NCBI GenBank assembly: GCA_040143965.1
Contig: JASJQH010000043.1
Span: 1 to 39,257 of the forward strand
Origin: Basidiobolus ranarum
Taxonomy: Eukaryota
Direction: 5' to 3'
Length of the DNA stretch: 39,257 nucleotides
In this document: one piece after another, positions 25,457 to 37,906 of the stretch
Layout: each line of letters opens with the position of its first letter
Numbering within the stretch: the first letter of the stretch is position 1
Position numbers and translations under genes: made by a program
Notes under the pieces: model-generated
What the model saw: only the letters and a program-made list of their open reading frames with translations
Told to the model about the DNA's origin: nothing
Database searches by the model: none

Positions 25457-25629
25457 CCTGTATGTCCTAAATGAATAACAGCGGTAGGCTTTGGAAAAGA
25501 ACAATGATTAACTAGTCGAATGTCAATTATTGGGAAAAATTTTAGCTTGTCATTAAGGATCTATTGATCTTAAATAGCTTAACATACACCATTAATCACT
25601 TTTGCATTGAATTGAACCTATTTATCGAA

Positions 25630-27390
25630 GTTTGAACTGAATATTGGTGACAAGGCTATCACATATTTTAGAATATCTAATAAAATGCTATATATAGCAT
25701 GATGTAATACTACAGTAGGATCTTCAAAGTTGGTGTTGCTGATGAAATTGGACACTGATTCATACAAGGTGGACTACAAATAGGGTTCAGAATTATATAT
25801 CAGAGTTAGAGAACTAATGCCAACTTGGCAGTAATAATGTGAATGAGTCAGAGATAAATGACTAATAATAAATATTTCTTGATAAATCAGATAAGTCGTA
25901 ATCATATGGTGATAGGTTGAATAATAAGTACAGAGATTATTAATCAGCATGTATGGCAAATCAACTGATAATTGTCATAAATGAATTAGTGAAGAAAAGT
26001 AAGAATAATAATAATAATTAGCTAGTTGAGTTGATGTTAAGAAATTGGTGAATGTAAAGCTGATGTTGACATTGTAAGGTAATACCTTTTGCCCAATTGA
26101 GGACAACATTAAATAGCAACTGAAGTAAGTTGAATATGCATAACAAACAATATGCTACTGTTATGGGCTGTGGTATGTAGTAATATACCTACTGCTCTAG
26201 TTTAAGCTCTTGCAACTCTTTGTTACCTAATGAGCATATAGAAAGTCATGGTTAACCTCATACATGTCTAAATATCACATTTAGCTTACTAAAGGTTTGG
26301 GTCTTGATCTTTTTACAAATCAAAACTGTAAGAGAAATCTTATGTATATCTCAAAGTTACTCAGTTTGTTTCTCAAATTTCTCCACAACTCTCTAAATAG
26401 TTCACTTGATATTCTTGGTGCTTTAACAATGCATCTCTGTTGTTATTCCTACTATCTAGTCATAAGAGTGTGTTTTTTTCACCTCAATATTACAGTAAGT
26501 ACAATTCACATATATTTTTTGTTGAGATTAGCATTGCCTAAGCACCTATATAGTCATATATAGCTTAGTATTTAGTTATCCTATATTGAGCTCAGATATT
26601 ACCCATTATTCTCAATAGGAATTTACTTCAAATATTTCTACCAACTTTGAAGTTCTCAGATATATAAATTTTCATAACTTGCGCTAGAAGCCCCAAAATT
26701 TGCACACATATTCCTGGGGCCTTTCTTAGCACATTCTGAATATTATTTTGCTTACATCTTGACAAAAGTATAAATGTCAACTTTCTACTCAATAAATCAA
26801 TAAGTGAAAGCCACCAATTTCTCTAATTCTCCAAACCACTTCCAACAGGCTCCCAAGTACTTTAACATCAATTACTACCAATACATTATACTGAATCAAG
26901 TTTCACTATCTTTAGCCTGAACAAGTAGAGCAAATGATAGGGATAAGAGATACAACAGTGAGAATTAACTTCTACATCTTGCAAAGTGAGTTCATTATGG
27001 GCTAACTGCTAAAAATCTGAACAGCAGTTGGTGCAGCCAGAATTTGAAGAATGGTCACATATTAAGATATCTGAATACTTAATTGAGTGAGAGTTCTGAT
27101 ATTTTTATGCAAATGGCAATTGCTAATTGAAATGGTTGCATATAAGTGGAATTAATTTGAAGTCAATCCTCATACAAAGATGAATAGCAACACATTCACA
27201 TTAGTATTGTGAGAATTAAACTTATCTTAATACTCACAAATATTGCTTCATTTCAAATCATTAATCTCAGAACAAATATATATTCCTACTAAGGGGTTTA
27301 CTGAAGCCACTTTGCTATTAAATAGTACTTATATTGAGAATTTCCATTGACATTCAATACCTGACAAAACTCCATATAGAGAATGATTCC
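25630..27390. mobile_element. Degenerate AT-rich, CpG-depleted block, probably a decayed repeat or transposon relic
   Basis: Only 2 CG dinucleotides (near 25897 and 26682) in about 1.76 kb, with no credible ORF or exon structure. No TIR, LTR or transposase is recognisable, so the TE identity is inferred. Confidence 0.4.
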
Positions 27391-27753
27391 CAACGTATTA
27401 CACACAGGAAACGTTGGGCCTCTTTACTCTTCACCATAAAACGACACATTATAAGATATGTAGGCAGAAGGAAAGGTGAGATAAGACCAATTATATATAG
27501 CACCTTTCATTCAACATGTGAGCAGTTAGAGAATCCTTTCATTAAGTTTGATGCTATATAAAAATAAGCTCAGCGAGTGAATTTTATATACATTATCGAA
27601 TTTCAGAATTTATTGATTGTTGCAATTAACTTGGAGACTTTGATAGTACAGTTTGAGATTTGAATTAGAATGGCAACTGATAGGCGATTTGTGATATCTC
27701 GGTACTAAAACGCGTGCAAAACTTGTCAGGGGTAGGCAGAGAGGGAAGTAGAA

Positions 27754-29208
27754 TTAGAATGGATGATGCTTTAACAGATGCTGAATCACCTTGGAACCAT
27801 CCGAATTTCTGGGCCACCTTCTTACTATAATATCGGTGTGTGCGGTCAGCTTGCTCATATAAACCAGAACCTTTTTCCAATGTAAGTTAGTCTGAAGGTC
27901 TATGGCAATTCCTTGAGCCAAGTCAGGTAACTGTTGAAGATTGAGGAAATCTTCCACCTTCGACTCTTCGTTCAGTTCAATCTCCTCTACATGAACGATG
28001 GTTTCTTGGGGGATTGGCTTTGAAAATAACTTTCTCAAAAGTCCACCGGTGTATTTACTAACGTCAAATTTAGAGGCTAAGGAGCTGGTAAGAAATCCTA
28101 CTGATATGTCGTTGGCAATGTTGGAATATGCAGTTCTGTCTTGGAACTTGGATAGTGCTTGATATGATGGTGACCCCGGATGGGATATGTTTACTAATAT
28201 ACTTTTAGAACTAGTCGCAACGTCGGTGAATCCAGGAATCTCCTCATTATGATCTACCAACATCAAATCACGACCACTTTGTCCCATGCCACCAATCGCA
28301 CAGAACTGGTTGGCCACCCAAGGATGCTCAATTGAGCCAAGAAGTGGTGAGGCTAACGTGATAAAATGGCACGGCTTGAATACATCAAAGAAACGACCAT
28401 CTGTTTTCTGCTCCAGTATTCCAATACTGCATAGATTATAAACTCCTCCTAAGGAATGCCCGATGAATGAAACCTTATACGACATATTTGATGTAGAGGC
28501 CGAATTTCCAAACCGGTTCTCCCACTCCACCTCTTCCAATATATTGTTCGCGATACGTAAGCCTCCTGTATATACGCCGTCGGTCGTTAAACGATGGTTA
28601 ACATCGCACACCACTACCACTACTCTAGTATCGGATGAGGAAAAATTGTCCCTTTCTATTTCCTCTTTCATGTGCAGTAAGTCTAGTTGGGAACCCATAA
28701 GTCCATGATTAAGTATGACCAGATGTACGGTTTTTTCGACCTCTTCATCGAACTTTAAAGTACCCCATATCTCATTGGTATCGACTGATTTTAAACTGAC
28801 CTCTAGTGGAGCTTCTTTGTGGTCAGATTTGGTTTTGGAAAATACCTCTATCTTATAAGGTATGAAACTTTCGCTGGTTATCAGTTCACTCGCAAGATCA
28901 ATAACAAAATTGGTCATCTTATGAGGAAGTTTCGTACTCCAAGTTGCTCCGCAAAACACTGAAGGAGAAAACTGAAGCTCGGGAGTTAGGTCTGTCAAAG
29001 GTAAAGTGGGTCGCTCAGGATCAGCCGGAGAACAATTAGCACTAAATCCGTAAGAGCCATTAAAAAGATCTAGATTCTTCACCACAGAGGCAAGATTGGT
29101 GATACTTAATACAACCTCGGAATCCTCTGAAGGCTCAGAGCTGAGTATCAGCTGGTATCTGTGGATAACACCCACAGATAACTTTTCTGTAACCGATGAA
29201 AGTAACAT
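27754..29208 (-). CDS. DUF676 / Rog1-Lpl1-like serine lipase (alpha/beta hydrolase), single exon
   Basis: HLVILNHGLMG, nucleophile elbow SFIGHSLGG, FITLASPLLG, GQSGRDL, YSNIANDISV and AHTDIIVRR. First ATG is at 29208 (the ORF-track start at 29214 is TTG). Confidence 0.87.
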   Translation of the reverse strand: MLLSSVTEKLSVGVIHRYQLILSSEPSEDSEVVLSITNLASVVKNLDLFNGSYGFSANCSPADPERPTLPLTDLTPELQFSPSVFCGATWSTKLPHKMTNFVIDLASELITSESFIPYKIEVFSKTKSDHKEAPLEVSLKSVDTNEIWGTLKFDEEVEKTVHLVILNHGLMGSQLDLLHMKEEIERDNFSSSDTRVVVVVCDVNHRLTTDGVYTGGLRIANNILEEVEWENRFGNSASTSNMSYKVSFIGHSLGGVYNLCSIGILEQKTDGRFFDVFKPCHFITLASPLLGSIEHPWVANQFCAIGGMGQSGRDLMLVDHNEEIPGFTDVATSSKSILVNISHPGSPSYQALSKFQDRTAYSNIANDISVGFLTSSLASKFDVSKYTGGLLRKLFSKPIPQETIVHVEEIELNEESKVEDFLNLQQLPDLAQGIAIDLQTNLHWKKVLVYMSKLTAHTDIIVRRWPRNSDGSKVIQHLLKHHPF

Positions 29209-29550
29209 ATCCAAGAAGGATGTATTGAAAAGGACAGGTCAAATGCTATCGAACTAATGAGACCTTAATTTAACCTTGAATCCAGAAGTTAATAATTATT
29301 AAACAATACATCTGCTGCGTCATAGATAGCAAAATAAATGAATCTCATCTGTGGATGATGATTTCATATGTACTTCGTTCAACCACGTATGAGAATTCAT
29401 TGCACAGCGAGGTGTAAGTGAACTAGTTATTTATAATATTCAGATAATTCAAGTGCTATTCTGGTATCAGAATGATTTTGTGATTTAAAAACTGTTTTAT
29501 CCGATTCCATTTTATTAAGTAATTAAGGGATTCTTTGTAGGTAAACAAGT

Positions 29551-30271
29551 CTACTTGCGGGCCTTGAGCTTACGGATGTAGAACTCGAGTTCTTGACCTT
29601 CCAAGATGTAACCATCACAACGGCCAGATTGGCCAGGACGGGAGGAGATAATGGCGTAAATACGACCAGTGGAGAATTGATCGGCCAAATTGTGATCAAT
29701 CTTGGCTTCACCCTTACGGGCATCGATCTTGCGTTGAACGTGGTTGGAACGCTTAACTTCTTCTTCAACCTCAGCCTCAGTACCCTTGGACTTCTTACGG
29801 CCTAAAGGTTGGGCATAGTGGCTTTCATACCATTGACGGAAAGGAGTGGCATCAACTTGGATGACAGCACCCTTGACAAGAGTGTTGGTACGAACCAATT
29901 CGTTGTTGGAGGCGTTGTACACAACAGCGACAATTCTGGTCTTCTTGGCAATGCTCTCAGATCCCCAAGAGAAGTTACCGGTATCAAGACGAAGAGCACG
30001 GAATTTACGGTTTCCACCACGGACGCGAACTTCGTGAATACGTTTGGCACCAAGCTTAGTGTTGGCGGCTTGACGACCCAACTCGAACTTTCTCTTCTTA
30101 CGGTAGTGGGCGCGCTTGGCACCGGTGTGCGATCTCTTGTGACGAGAGTCTCTGCTGATACCTAATCAATTGACAAATGGTGTTATTAAAGGTTGCTCAA
30201 AGCTTAATTCAGATGACGGATGCATCTCCATCAGGAACCGATGAAAATTATCCTCATGTATACATACCCAT
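29551..30271 (-). CDS. RPS8: 40S ribosomal protein eS8; exons 30271-30268, 30161-29551
   Basis: [37 protein letters not shown]...[16 protein letters not shown]; intron 30162-30267 (GTATGT...TAG); strong codon bias. Confidence 0.97.
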
Positions 30272-31067
30272 GATGCTAGAGATGGAAAAGGAGGAATTCT
30301 TTCTCTAGCACCATCCGTATTTCAACGATCTCGGAGCACGTGACACATAATGGTATTCACTTTAGTTATGTGGTTTTTTTTATTTCAGTCAGAAACTTCA
30401 GAAAATTTTCCATCGATCGAATCAACAAAATCTGAGCCCGATTCAACCCTGTGTGAGGGATAGTGGTACCAAATACAACATTCTATTTCGTTGTGGCTAA
30501 CATCGAGTTTTGTTTTAACCTGGAGGTTAAAGATATTTTAAACAGAAATTAGGATGGAAATTGCGCTGACAAATTAGTGTGAACGATTTATTTTCTGGCA
30601 TTGTAAGGAGGGTGTTCTAGCAACCATACCATATGCAGCAACTTCAAAAATGGAGTGAACGTCCATCCAGAATAAAATAAACACACAAAAGATCTGAGTT
30701 GATAAGGTAATGGCGAAATTTAGCCAGTGATGATGATCTACATTGACGAGTGAGTGAGTTCAGTCCAGTGAATTTCAGTGGTAAAAGGTCGGAGTATGTG
30801 TGTGTGCGGTGTCTGTTCTGTGGATGAAGCAGATAAAAGCTTATGAGTGAATGAGTATATAGCATATGATTAGATATCAAAATGAGAGGTAATGGTAATA
30901 AAAAAATTCGTGACCAAAATAAGAGTAGGCTAGTAGTAATAACGTGAGCTTTTAAATAATCTTTAAGCGAGCTCCTAGTCTTGTTTCGAAAACTCTAGGG
31001 ATGCATCAAGATAGTGACATAATATCACACAAGTCCAGTCGTTTATATCTTTTTAATATCAAGACGA

Positions 31068-33162
31068 TTAATTATCTACATCTCCTCTGACAGTATTTAA
31101 AGGTAACTCATCATAATCTTGACTACCCCTATCCTCCTGCCGTTTGATGTCAGAAGCCAACTGTGGGGTGTGGGGAGTCATGGCTATGTTACCGTTGTAG
31201 ATTCGCAGATGCTGCTTACCGTACTGAGGACTTTTCAATACAAACTCGGATCGCTTACCATGACTGGATCCAATCGAATCATGCAATGGCGGCCGTCTCA
31301 CTCTTCGTCGCCCATTTCCAGCGTTACCGACTTTGCTTTTTACAAACATTGCCTCTCTAGCAGATTGCTCCTCAGTAATCACAGGGTCAAAATGTTGCTT
31401 GCTGATGACTGATAGATACCAAAATAGCATGTTAGATATGAGTACCTGTTGCAACAGTGGGCGGCGAGGGTTGGTTAACTTAATATGCGAAAGACGGTAG
31501 ATCCCTCTCTCAATATGCAGTGGGAATCGAGATGGGTTGGTGTGCTGTGACTTGGTGGGCGATGTTTCTGTTTTTGTGGGATTATCCTTGTAGGCGGCGT
31601 CTTCACCTTTTGTGGAAGATAGATTGCTCTTATTTTTCGATTTGGAGAAGAGAGTGAAAATAGGCGATTTCTTGGCTTTTTGATCATTGCTAGGTGGAAT
31701 GGGCTCCTTGTTAGTATGAGGCATCTTTAATTCTGAATGGACCGGCTTCTTGAAAGTAGTTGAAGTAGCTCTTTTCCTAACAATCTCCTCTTTCTTTCCA
31801 ACCTCTATATCTTGGATCCTTTGGCTCACCTCCTCTGATGAAAGCGGTCGATTTTTCCCTGACTTTTTCAGCTTAGCTGTCTTGATACTGTCGCTAGGTT
31901 CAGCGCCCCAAAACCAAGACCATGAGGTTATCTTCTTTCTTGAGTTTGTAGTAATCGGTCTCTCAGTAGTTTTCTCGTGCTTCTCTATCATAGCAGGTAT
32001 ATCTGCAGATGCATCTTTAATAATAAGAAACTGTGAGAGAGAAAGAGAATTACTAGTCATAATAGAATAAGGTTACCTGGCTTAAGGATGGGTAAAGAGT
32101 CTCTTCTGAGTGGTGGGTGTTTGATCATCATAAAATCATCAAAAGGTTCCTTTATCTTGTCATCACCGAAAGCAATTGGATTATCCGTGGATAATTTTGG
32201 TAGACCTTCAGACTCGCTATCTTGAGACGTTGTCTCTAAAGAACTACTCCCTTCTGGACTACTACTTCTATCTGAGCTGTTTTCTTCAGTTTGTGAAGCA
32301 TCATATTCAGTTGATTTGTCATTAGGTAAGTTTGTCTTTGTGGGGCTCGTTTGAGATTCAGTTGATTTAATAGAGTCTCTCCTGATTTTAGTCCTTGCAC
32401 TTCGTTTCAAGGAAGCACGTACAATCCTACTCTGAACTATATAAGGTGTATCAAGTACAGACGGCTCAAGTTCACTTTCGTCTTTTTTAAAAGGAACCAA
32501 ACCGAATGTAAAAGAAATAGTTAGTTATTTCCGTAATATAACCATACAATAATAACAACTTTACGAAGGAAAGAATACGAATATTTCCAACTATTTTCTT
32601 CTCCTAGAGATTTAATATATCTATGAAGTAAATAAATTTAGAAACCTTGAGATTTCGGGATTTTCATTCCAGTTGTCACGGTTATTTGACGTCGTAATAC
32701 TGAAGATATCAGTCCAGATTTTTTGACTGTCTTTTCGTCAGAAATGGAGTCTTCAGTAAAATCTGAGCCACCGTAAGAGTGTAAGGAGAGGATGGATTTA
32801 CGACGAGTCAATGAAGTCTCTGTGTGATTGACTGCACTAGAATGCTTATCTAGCCAAGTACTAAATTGTTGAGGCGCTATCTCTGGATGAAGGTGAGCAG
32901 GAACCCAATATAAATGAGAAGGATCTTCACGTAAGGCCCAATCAGTCAATGTATCCGGACCAACACTATCGGTGTCCTCTGACTCATTTGCCGAAGTGAA
33001 AGCGAACGTAGGAAGTGTTGTCTCAGTATCAATTGAAGGAATGTAACTTTCATTGTTTATTAATGAGTCCAATAATGGTAAGTGATTGAGTGTACTAAAC
33101 ACTTCACTACTGTCAGGCTTCGTTTGTTCTTCAGTAGTGCCTGTGGTCGGAGAATCTACCAT
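31068..33162 (-). CDS. Zds1-like PP2A-Cdc55 regulator (Zds_C domain); at least 3 coding exons plus a 5'UTR intron at 33163-33228
   Basis: EDPSHLYWVPAHLHPEIAPQQF motif and C-terminal RFPLHIERGIYRLSHIKLTNPRRPLLQQVLISNMLFWYL. The exon structure at 32483-32645 is uncertain (one intron, or two around a microexon). Confidence 0.85.
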
Positions 33163-33950
33163 CTGAAGGAATGAGAAGGGGTTTAAGCTATCTGATACTT
33201 GCATAAAGTACTTGAAGGGATAACTCACCTTAGCAAGCCCTCGGAAACAGGTAGCACGATAAGAGCACTAGCACTGTATCGTAAAGGATATTTAGGCAAG
33301 AGAGCAATAGACAGTCAAAACGACCTAAAGCTAGCACAAAGTGAAATGAAATAAAAGAAGTGGGTGAAACTAAAATTGTCTACGAGATGCTATTTTGTCG
33401 TTTTAGTGAAGCAGGCATGTAACTGCAATAATGACAGCAACCGATATTACAAGAAATTTCACATCATCGATCCAATCAATTGATTCAGAATATAATTCCT
33501 TTGTAAGAGATTCTATTATGAAGACAGGAGTTGAATAGTCAATGCTTTGGGACCTTAACATATGAAGTCACTTTCCTTCACTGGAATGTAACATAGGTAA
33601 TTACAATACTACGTCCCTTTTCTGGGAATGGTCACAAATGGGAATCAGCCTCTGATGATTGCTACTTTTGATGACCCAGTTGGGGCCTGTTTACCCGTTA
33701 CCTCCAATTTATCAATTCTCAGTATTTCTCCAAAAACAATCATGTATTTAATTCAAAATATTGATGGGCTTATTGAATCGAGGTTTATTAATGCAATTTA
33801 TGCATTCGAAGATCCAAGTTAAGTGCGATATTATTAAAAAATTTGAAATTTCAATTTCAGGTGAGCGGATCTGACCTCCTTTAAAAACTCTTTTACTTTG
33901 GTAAATTGTCCCTCCTTTCACCTTGGTTTATCCTTGTTAATTTGTCCACC

Positions 33951-34891
33951 ATGGTACGTTTTATTTGTTCTACTAGTTTCTGAAATGCGCGACCAATGCT
34001 CACTGAGTGTCTAATACTCGTACTTGCATAGATGTTTGACTGATACATGAATATCTTAGATGGATGGACTGTGTTAACTTATCGGATTCTTTTTTATAGG
34101 CTCGCGGACCTAAGAAACATCTCAAGCGTCTCAATGCTCCCAAGCACTGGATGCTCGATAAACTTACCGGCACTTACGCCCCTAGACCATCCGCCGGTCC
34201 TCACAAGCTTCGCGAGTGCTTACCTTTGGTCATCTTCCTCAGAAACCGTCTTAAGTACGCTCTCACCAAGAAGGAAGTCCAAAGCATCCTTATGCAACGT
34301 TTAGTTAAGGTCGACGGTAAGGTCAGAACCGATACTACTTATCCTTCCGGCTTCATGGATGTTGTCTCTATTGAGCAAACTGGTGAGCATTTCCGTTTGG
34401 TTTACGATACCAAGGGTCGCTTCACCGTTCACAGAATCTCTGCCGAAGAAGCCAGCTACAAGCTTTGCAAAGTTAAGAAGGTCCAAATCGGAGCTAAGGG
34501 CATTCCTTTTGTCATTACTCATGATGGTCGTACTCTTCGTTACCCCGATCCCCTTGTCAAGGCCAACGATACCGTTAAGCTTGATCTTGAAACCGGTAAA
34601 ATGACTGAATTCATCAAGTTTGATGTCGGAAATGTTGCTATGATTACTGGTGGTCGTAACATGGGTCGTGTTGGTATCATCACTCACCGTGAGAAACATC
34701 ACGGTGGTTTCGATATTGTTCACGTTAAGGATGTTCTTGACCGTCAATTCGCTACTCGTATGTCCAACGTCTTCGTTATTGGTGAAGGTAACAAGCCCTG
34801 GATTTCTCTACCCAAAAATAAGGGTGTCAAGCTTACCATTACTGAAGAGCGTGACCGTAGAAGAGAGAAGCAATTGGCTGGTTCTGCTTAA
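33951..34891 (+). CDS. RPS4: 40S ribosomal protein eS4; exons 33951-33953, 34100-34891
   Basis: [23 protein letters not shown]...[11 protein letters not shown]; intron directly after the ATG (33954-34099). Confidence 0.98.
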
Positions 34892-35417
34892 ACTAGTCCA
34901 ATTTCCCTTGGTTGATTTCTTTCGTCGAAAATTATCAATAAACACATTCTCCCTCACATACCAAGTATTCTGCTATACCTAAGTATTACGCGTCATCGAC
35001 GGTATGCCCTTTGACGTTTCGATTCAAGCAAGTCGCGGCTTTGTGTTTGAAAGATGCAGTATTGAATTAACTTGTTTTAGGAGTGAAGGTGGGGAACGTA
35101 ACGCCAAACAGCGTTAAGATATTTTCTGCAGTGACAGCTGAATTTTGTAGTGGTATCAAATTGAGAGTTATTTCTATTTGCATTAATTTGTTTCTTCCTG
35201 CATAATATCAATAATAGCACTAAACATTGCTTCACTGTTAGTATGACCATATATTTACTGTATAACCAATCAAACGAATTGGGTTTTAGGTTACGTAGAA
35301 TCCAAGTTAGTTCTGTAAGCTATTTCGCCATTATTAAATTGAAGATAGACAGTGAACAAGCCTCAGAGTCCTTGAATTTTGTGACTACTCTCTCCCTCTT
35401 TCACTTTTTTTCAATCA

Positions 35418-36864
35418 ATGGCAGATCAAACTTTACTTTCCGGCTTACTCAAACGATTAGAAACAGCTACTTGTAAATTTGAAGACATTGCTATTAGTAA
35501 AGCTAACCAAAATACCTCAGTGATCGTTCAGGAAGAAGGCACTGGTGAAGTTTCTACTTCACCAATTGTAAGAGCTTTTGATGATATTGTTTTCGGTTCA
35601 CTCAAAAACTTCATAGACAACTCAAAGAACATCGATGGGTTGGTCAAGGAACAGGTAACCTAATTGGAATTTATTTATCTTGGTTATTATTTTAATTCCA
35701 TTTTCTTCTCGGTCTAACGTATCTTTATAGAGTGATGCAGTTGAAAAAATCTTTCAAGCTCAACGTAAACTTATAGCTATCGCCACTCAAGCTCAGAAAC
35801 CTGATACCACTTCCTTCGTCTATGCTGAGCTTTTGAAACCCACTCAAATGGGATTAGAAAGGATCACTGATATTCGTGAAAAGAATAGAGCCTCACCATT
35901 CTATAATCATCTCTCTACAGTTGGTGAAGGAATTCCAGCTTTAGGCTGGGTTGCAGTTGAGCCGGCCCCAGCCCCTTACGTAGAAGAGATGAAGTGTAGT
36001 GCTACATTCTATGCAAATCGTGTCATTAAAGAATTTAAAGATAAAGATCGTAAACATACCGTTTGGGCTAATAGCTTTATCGCCTTGCTAACGGATTTAC
36101 AGGCTTACGTCAAAGAATATCATACGACAGGATTGGTTTGGAATCCACAAGGTCAAAATGCCCAATACTTTATCAATGAGAATCCTACCTCTACTAGCGT
36201 TCTATCACCACCAACAACAACTGCCCCAGACAGGCTCGGCGAAATTCATAAAGGGGAGGGGGTTGCTACAGGACTTCAGAAAGTGGAAAAAACTCCAATG
36301 ACTCATAAGAATCCCGAGCCTAGAGCTTCTGAAACTGTTGCTGCATCCAAACCACCGACATCAACTGGTACGATTGCATTCAAGAAGCCACCCAGGTGTG
36401 ATTTGGAGGGGAACAAATGGGTCGTCGAAAATCAAGCTAATAGGAATGATTTGGTTATCCAACAAACCGAAACCAGACAAAGTGTATATATCTATGGATG
36501 TGAATGTAGCACCATACAGGTAAAAGGAAAGGTAAATGCCATCATCCTTGATACCTGTAAGAAGACTGGGGTTGTAATCGATTCCACAGTATCGTCAATT
36601 GATATTGTCAATTCCAAGTCTGTTCAAGTCCAAGTATTGGGAATAACCCCAACCATTATTATTGACAAGACTGATGGAGCTCAACTATATTTGAGTAAAG
36701 AGTGCATGGGTGTAGATGTTTTCACAGCGAAGAGTTCAGAAGTGAATATTTCCATCCCATCAGCAGACGGTGATTTCATCGAAAAACCGGTGGCTGAGCA
36801 ATTTAAGAGCAAAATCATCCAAGGACAGATTGTTACCGAACCAGTTGAACATGCTGGTGCTTGA
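35418..36864 (+). CDS. SRV2: Adenylyl cyclase-associated protein CAP/Srv2; exons 35418-35655, 35731-36864
   Basis: N-terminal RLE motif, helical-fold domain (NHLSTVGEGIPALGWV, FYANRVIKEFK, HTTGLVWN), THKNP and C-terminal CARP domain (LEGNKWVVE, KGKVNAI, IDKTDG, TAKSSEVN). Confidence 0.93.
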
Positions 36865-37906
36865 TGGATTCTAAAACCAACGTACTCTCTTTCGTTCTTT
36901 TTTGCTGGAAACACTGCTTCTGGTGGCACCGATAGCCATATCTTTATTCGGTCAAGCTTAATAAGTGTATAGCTATTCTCGTTAGCCGTTGGCTCGTTGT
37001 ATCTTCTTCAACGCACTTATTAGTAGGTATTCTTCAATCATTCACTTGATAGCTACATCATTTGCTAGGATAGCTAAGATTCTGTGCAAACATTATGGAT
37101 AACCTTAATTTGCATATATTGCCACATACTCCTTGCTTACAGTCCAATATGCGTTTTAAAATACATATAAATATGTCTTGGTTTATTGATGATCACTAGA
37201 TTTAACTGCAATTCCCCCATAGCATAGGTGAGACTGATCATTCCGAGTGTAATAATGCGCTCAACGCAAACCAATCAACTATGCTATATTGGTGATACCC
37301 CAGATTCTTGGATTCTATCCATGGTTGGTTGAAGAGATGTTTCATCTAAAGGGAATCAGTCATCTTGCAAGCGATCACGAGAACCTCGGAATTGGATGAT
37401 CAATACTCCGTTCCCATGTAATTGATGGATATACTATACTGGCAGATGATGTTGCTTATTTATTTAATAACAAGAATTCGAAAGATAACTCTCATTACGA
37501 TATGTTGCTAGAGCGATATTCGTAAGATTTCCTAGTCATTTGAAACAAGGAGATTCGTTAGATTGTTCACTGAGAAGACCATGGTTTATGTTTTGATGGG
37601 GTAGAGACGAAGGGTCTTAAAGCTTCGCCTATAGATGAAGTGGTTTGTCATAGCGAAGAGCAGTGAACTAAAGTGATGATGCTAGTCCTTGGAGCTCAGT
37701 TGTTCGCAGGATGTGTGATATGTAGTTGGTTCGTGTATAGTAGTTGTATTGAATACTAAATGACTAATATGAAACGTCGGTCCACTTACCGAGTGGGAAT
37801 TTCAATAGTTTGAGAGAGTATTGGCCATTCCTGGGGAGTTATGACCTTGGTTGATTCAAGTATATAAGCCTACTGGCGGTCTTGTTCGAATCTATCTCTT
37901 TTACGT

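Noticed and set aside
30208-30257. C/D-like boxes in the RPS8 intron (ATGAGGA...CTGA...CTGA, minus strand)
   Set aside because: Only about 49 nt, with an imperfect C box and no recognisable guide.
33283-33291. Perfect AT-AC donor ATATCCTTT on the minus strand upstream of the Zds gene (also ATATCCTT at 2704, + strand)
   Set aside because: No downstream U12 branch site with AC, and no coding constraint to support an intron.
29523-34982. Several overlapping or antisense ORFs on RPS8 and RPS4
   Set aside because: These are shadow ORFs produced by strong codon bias.
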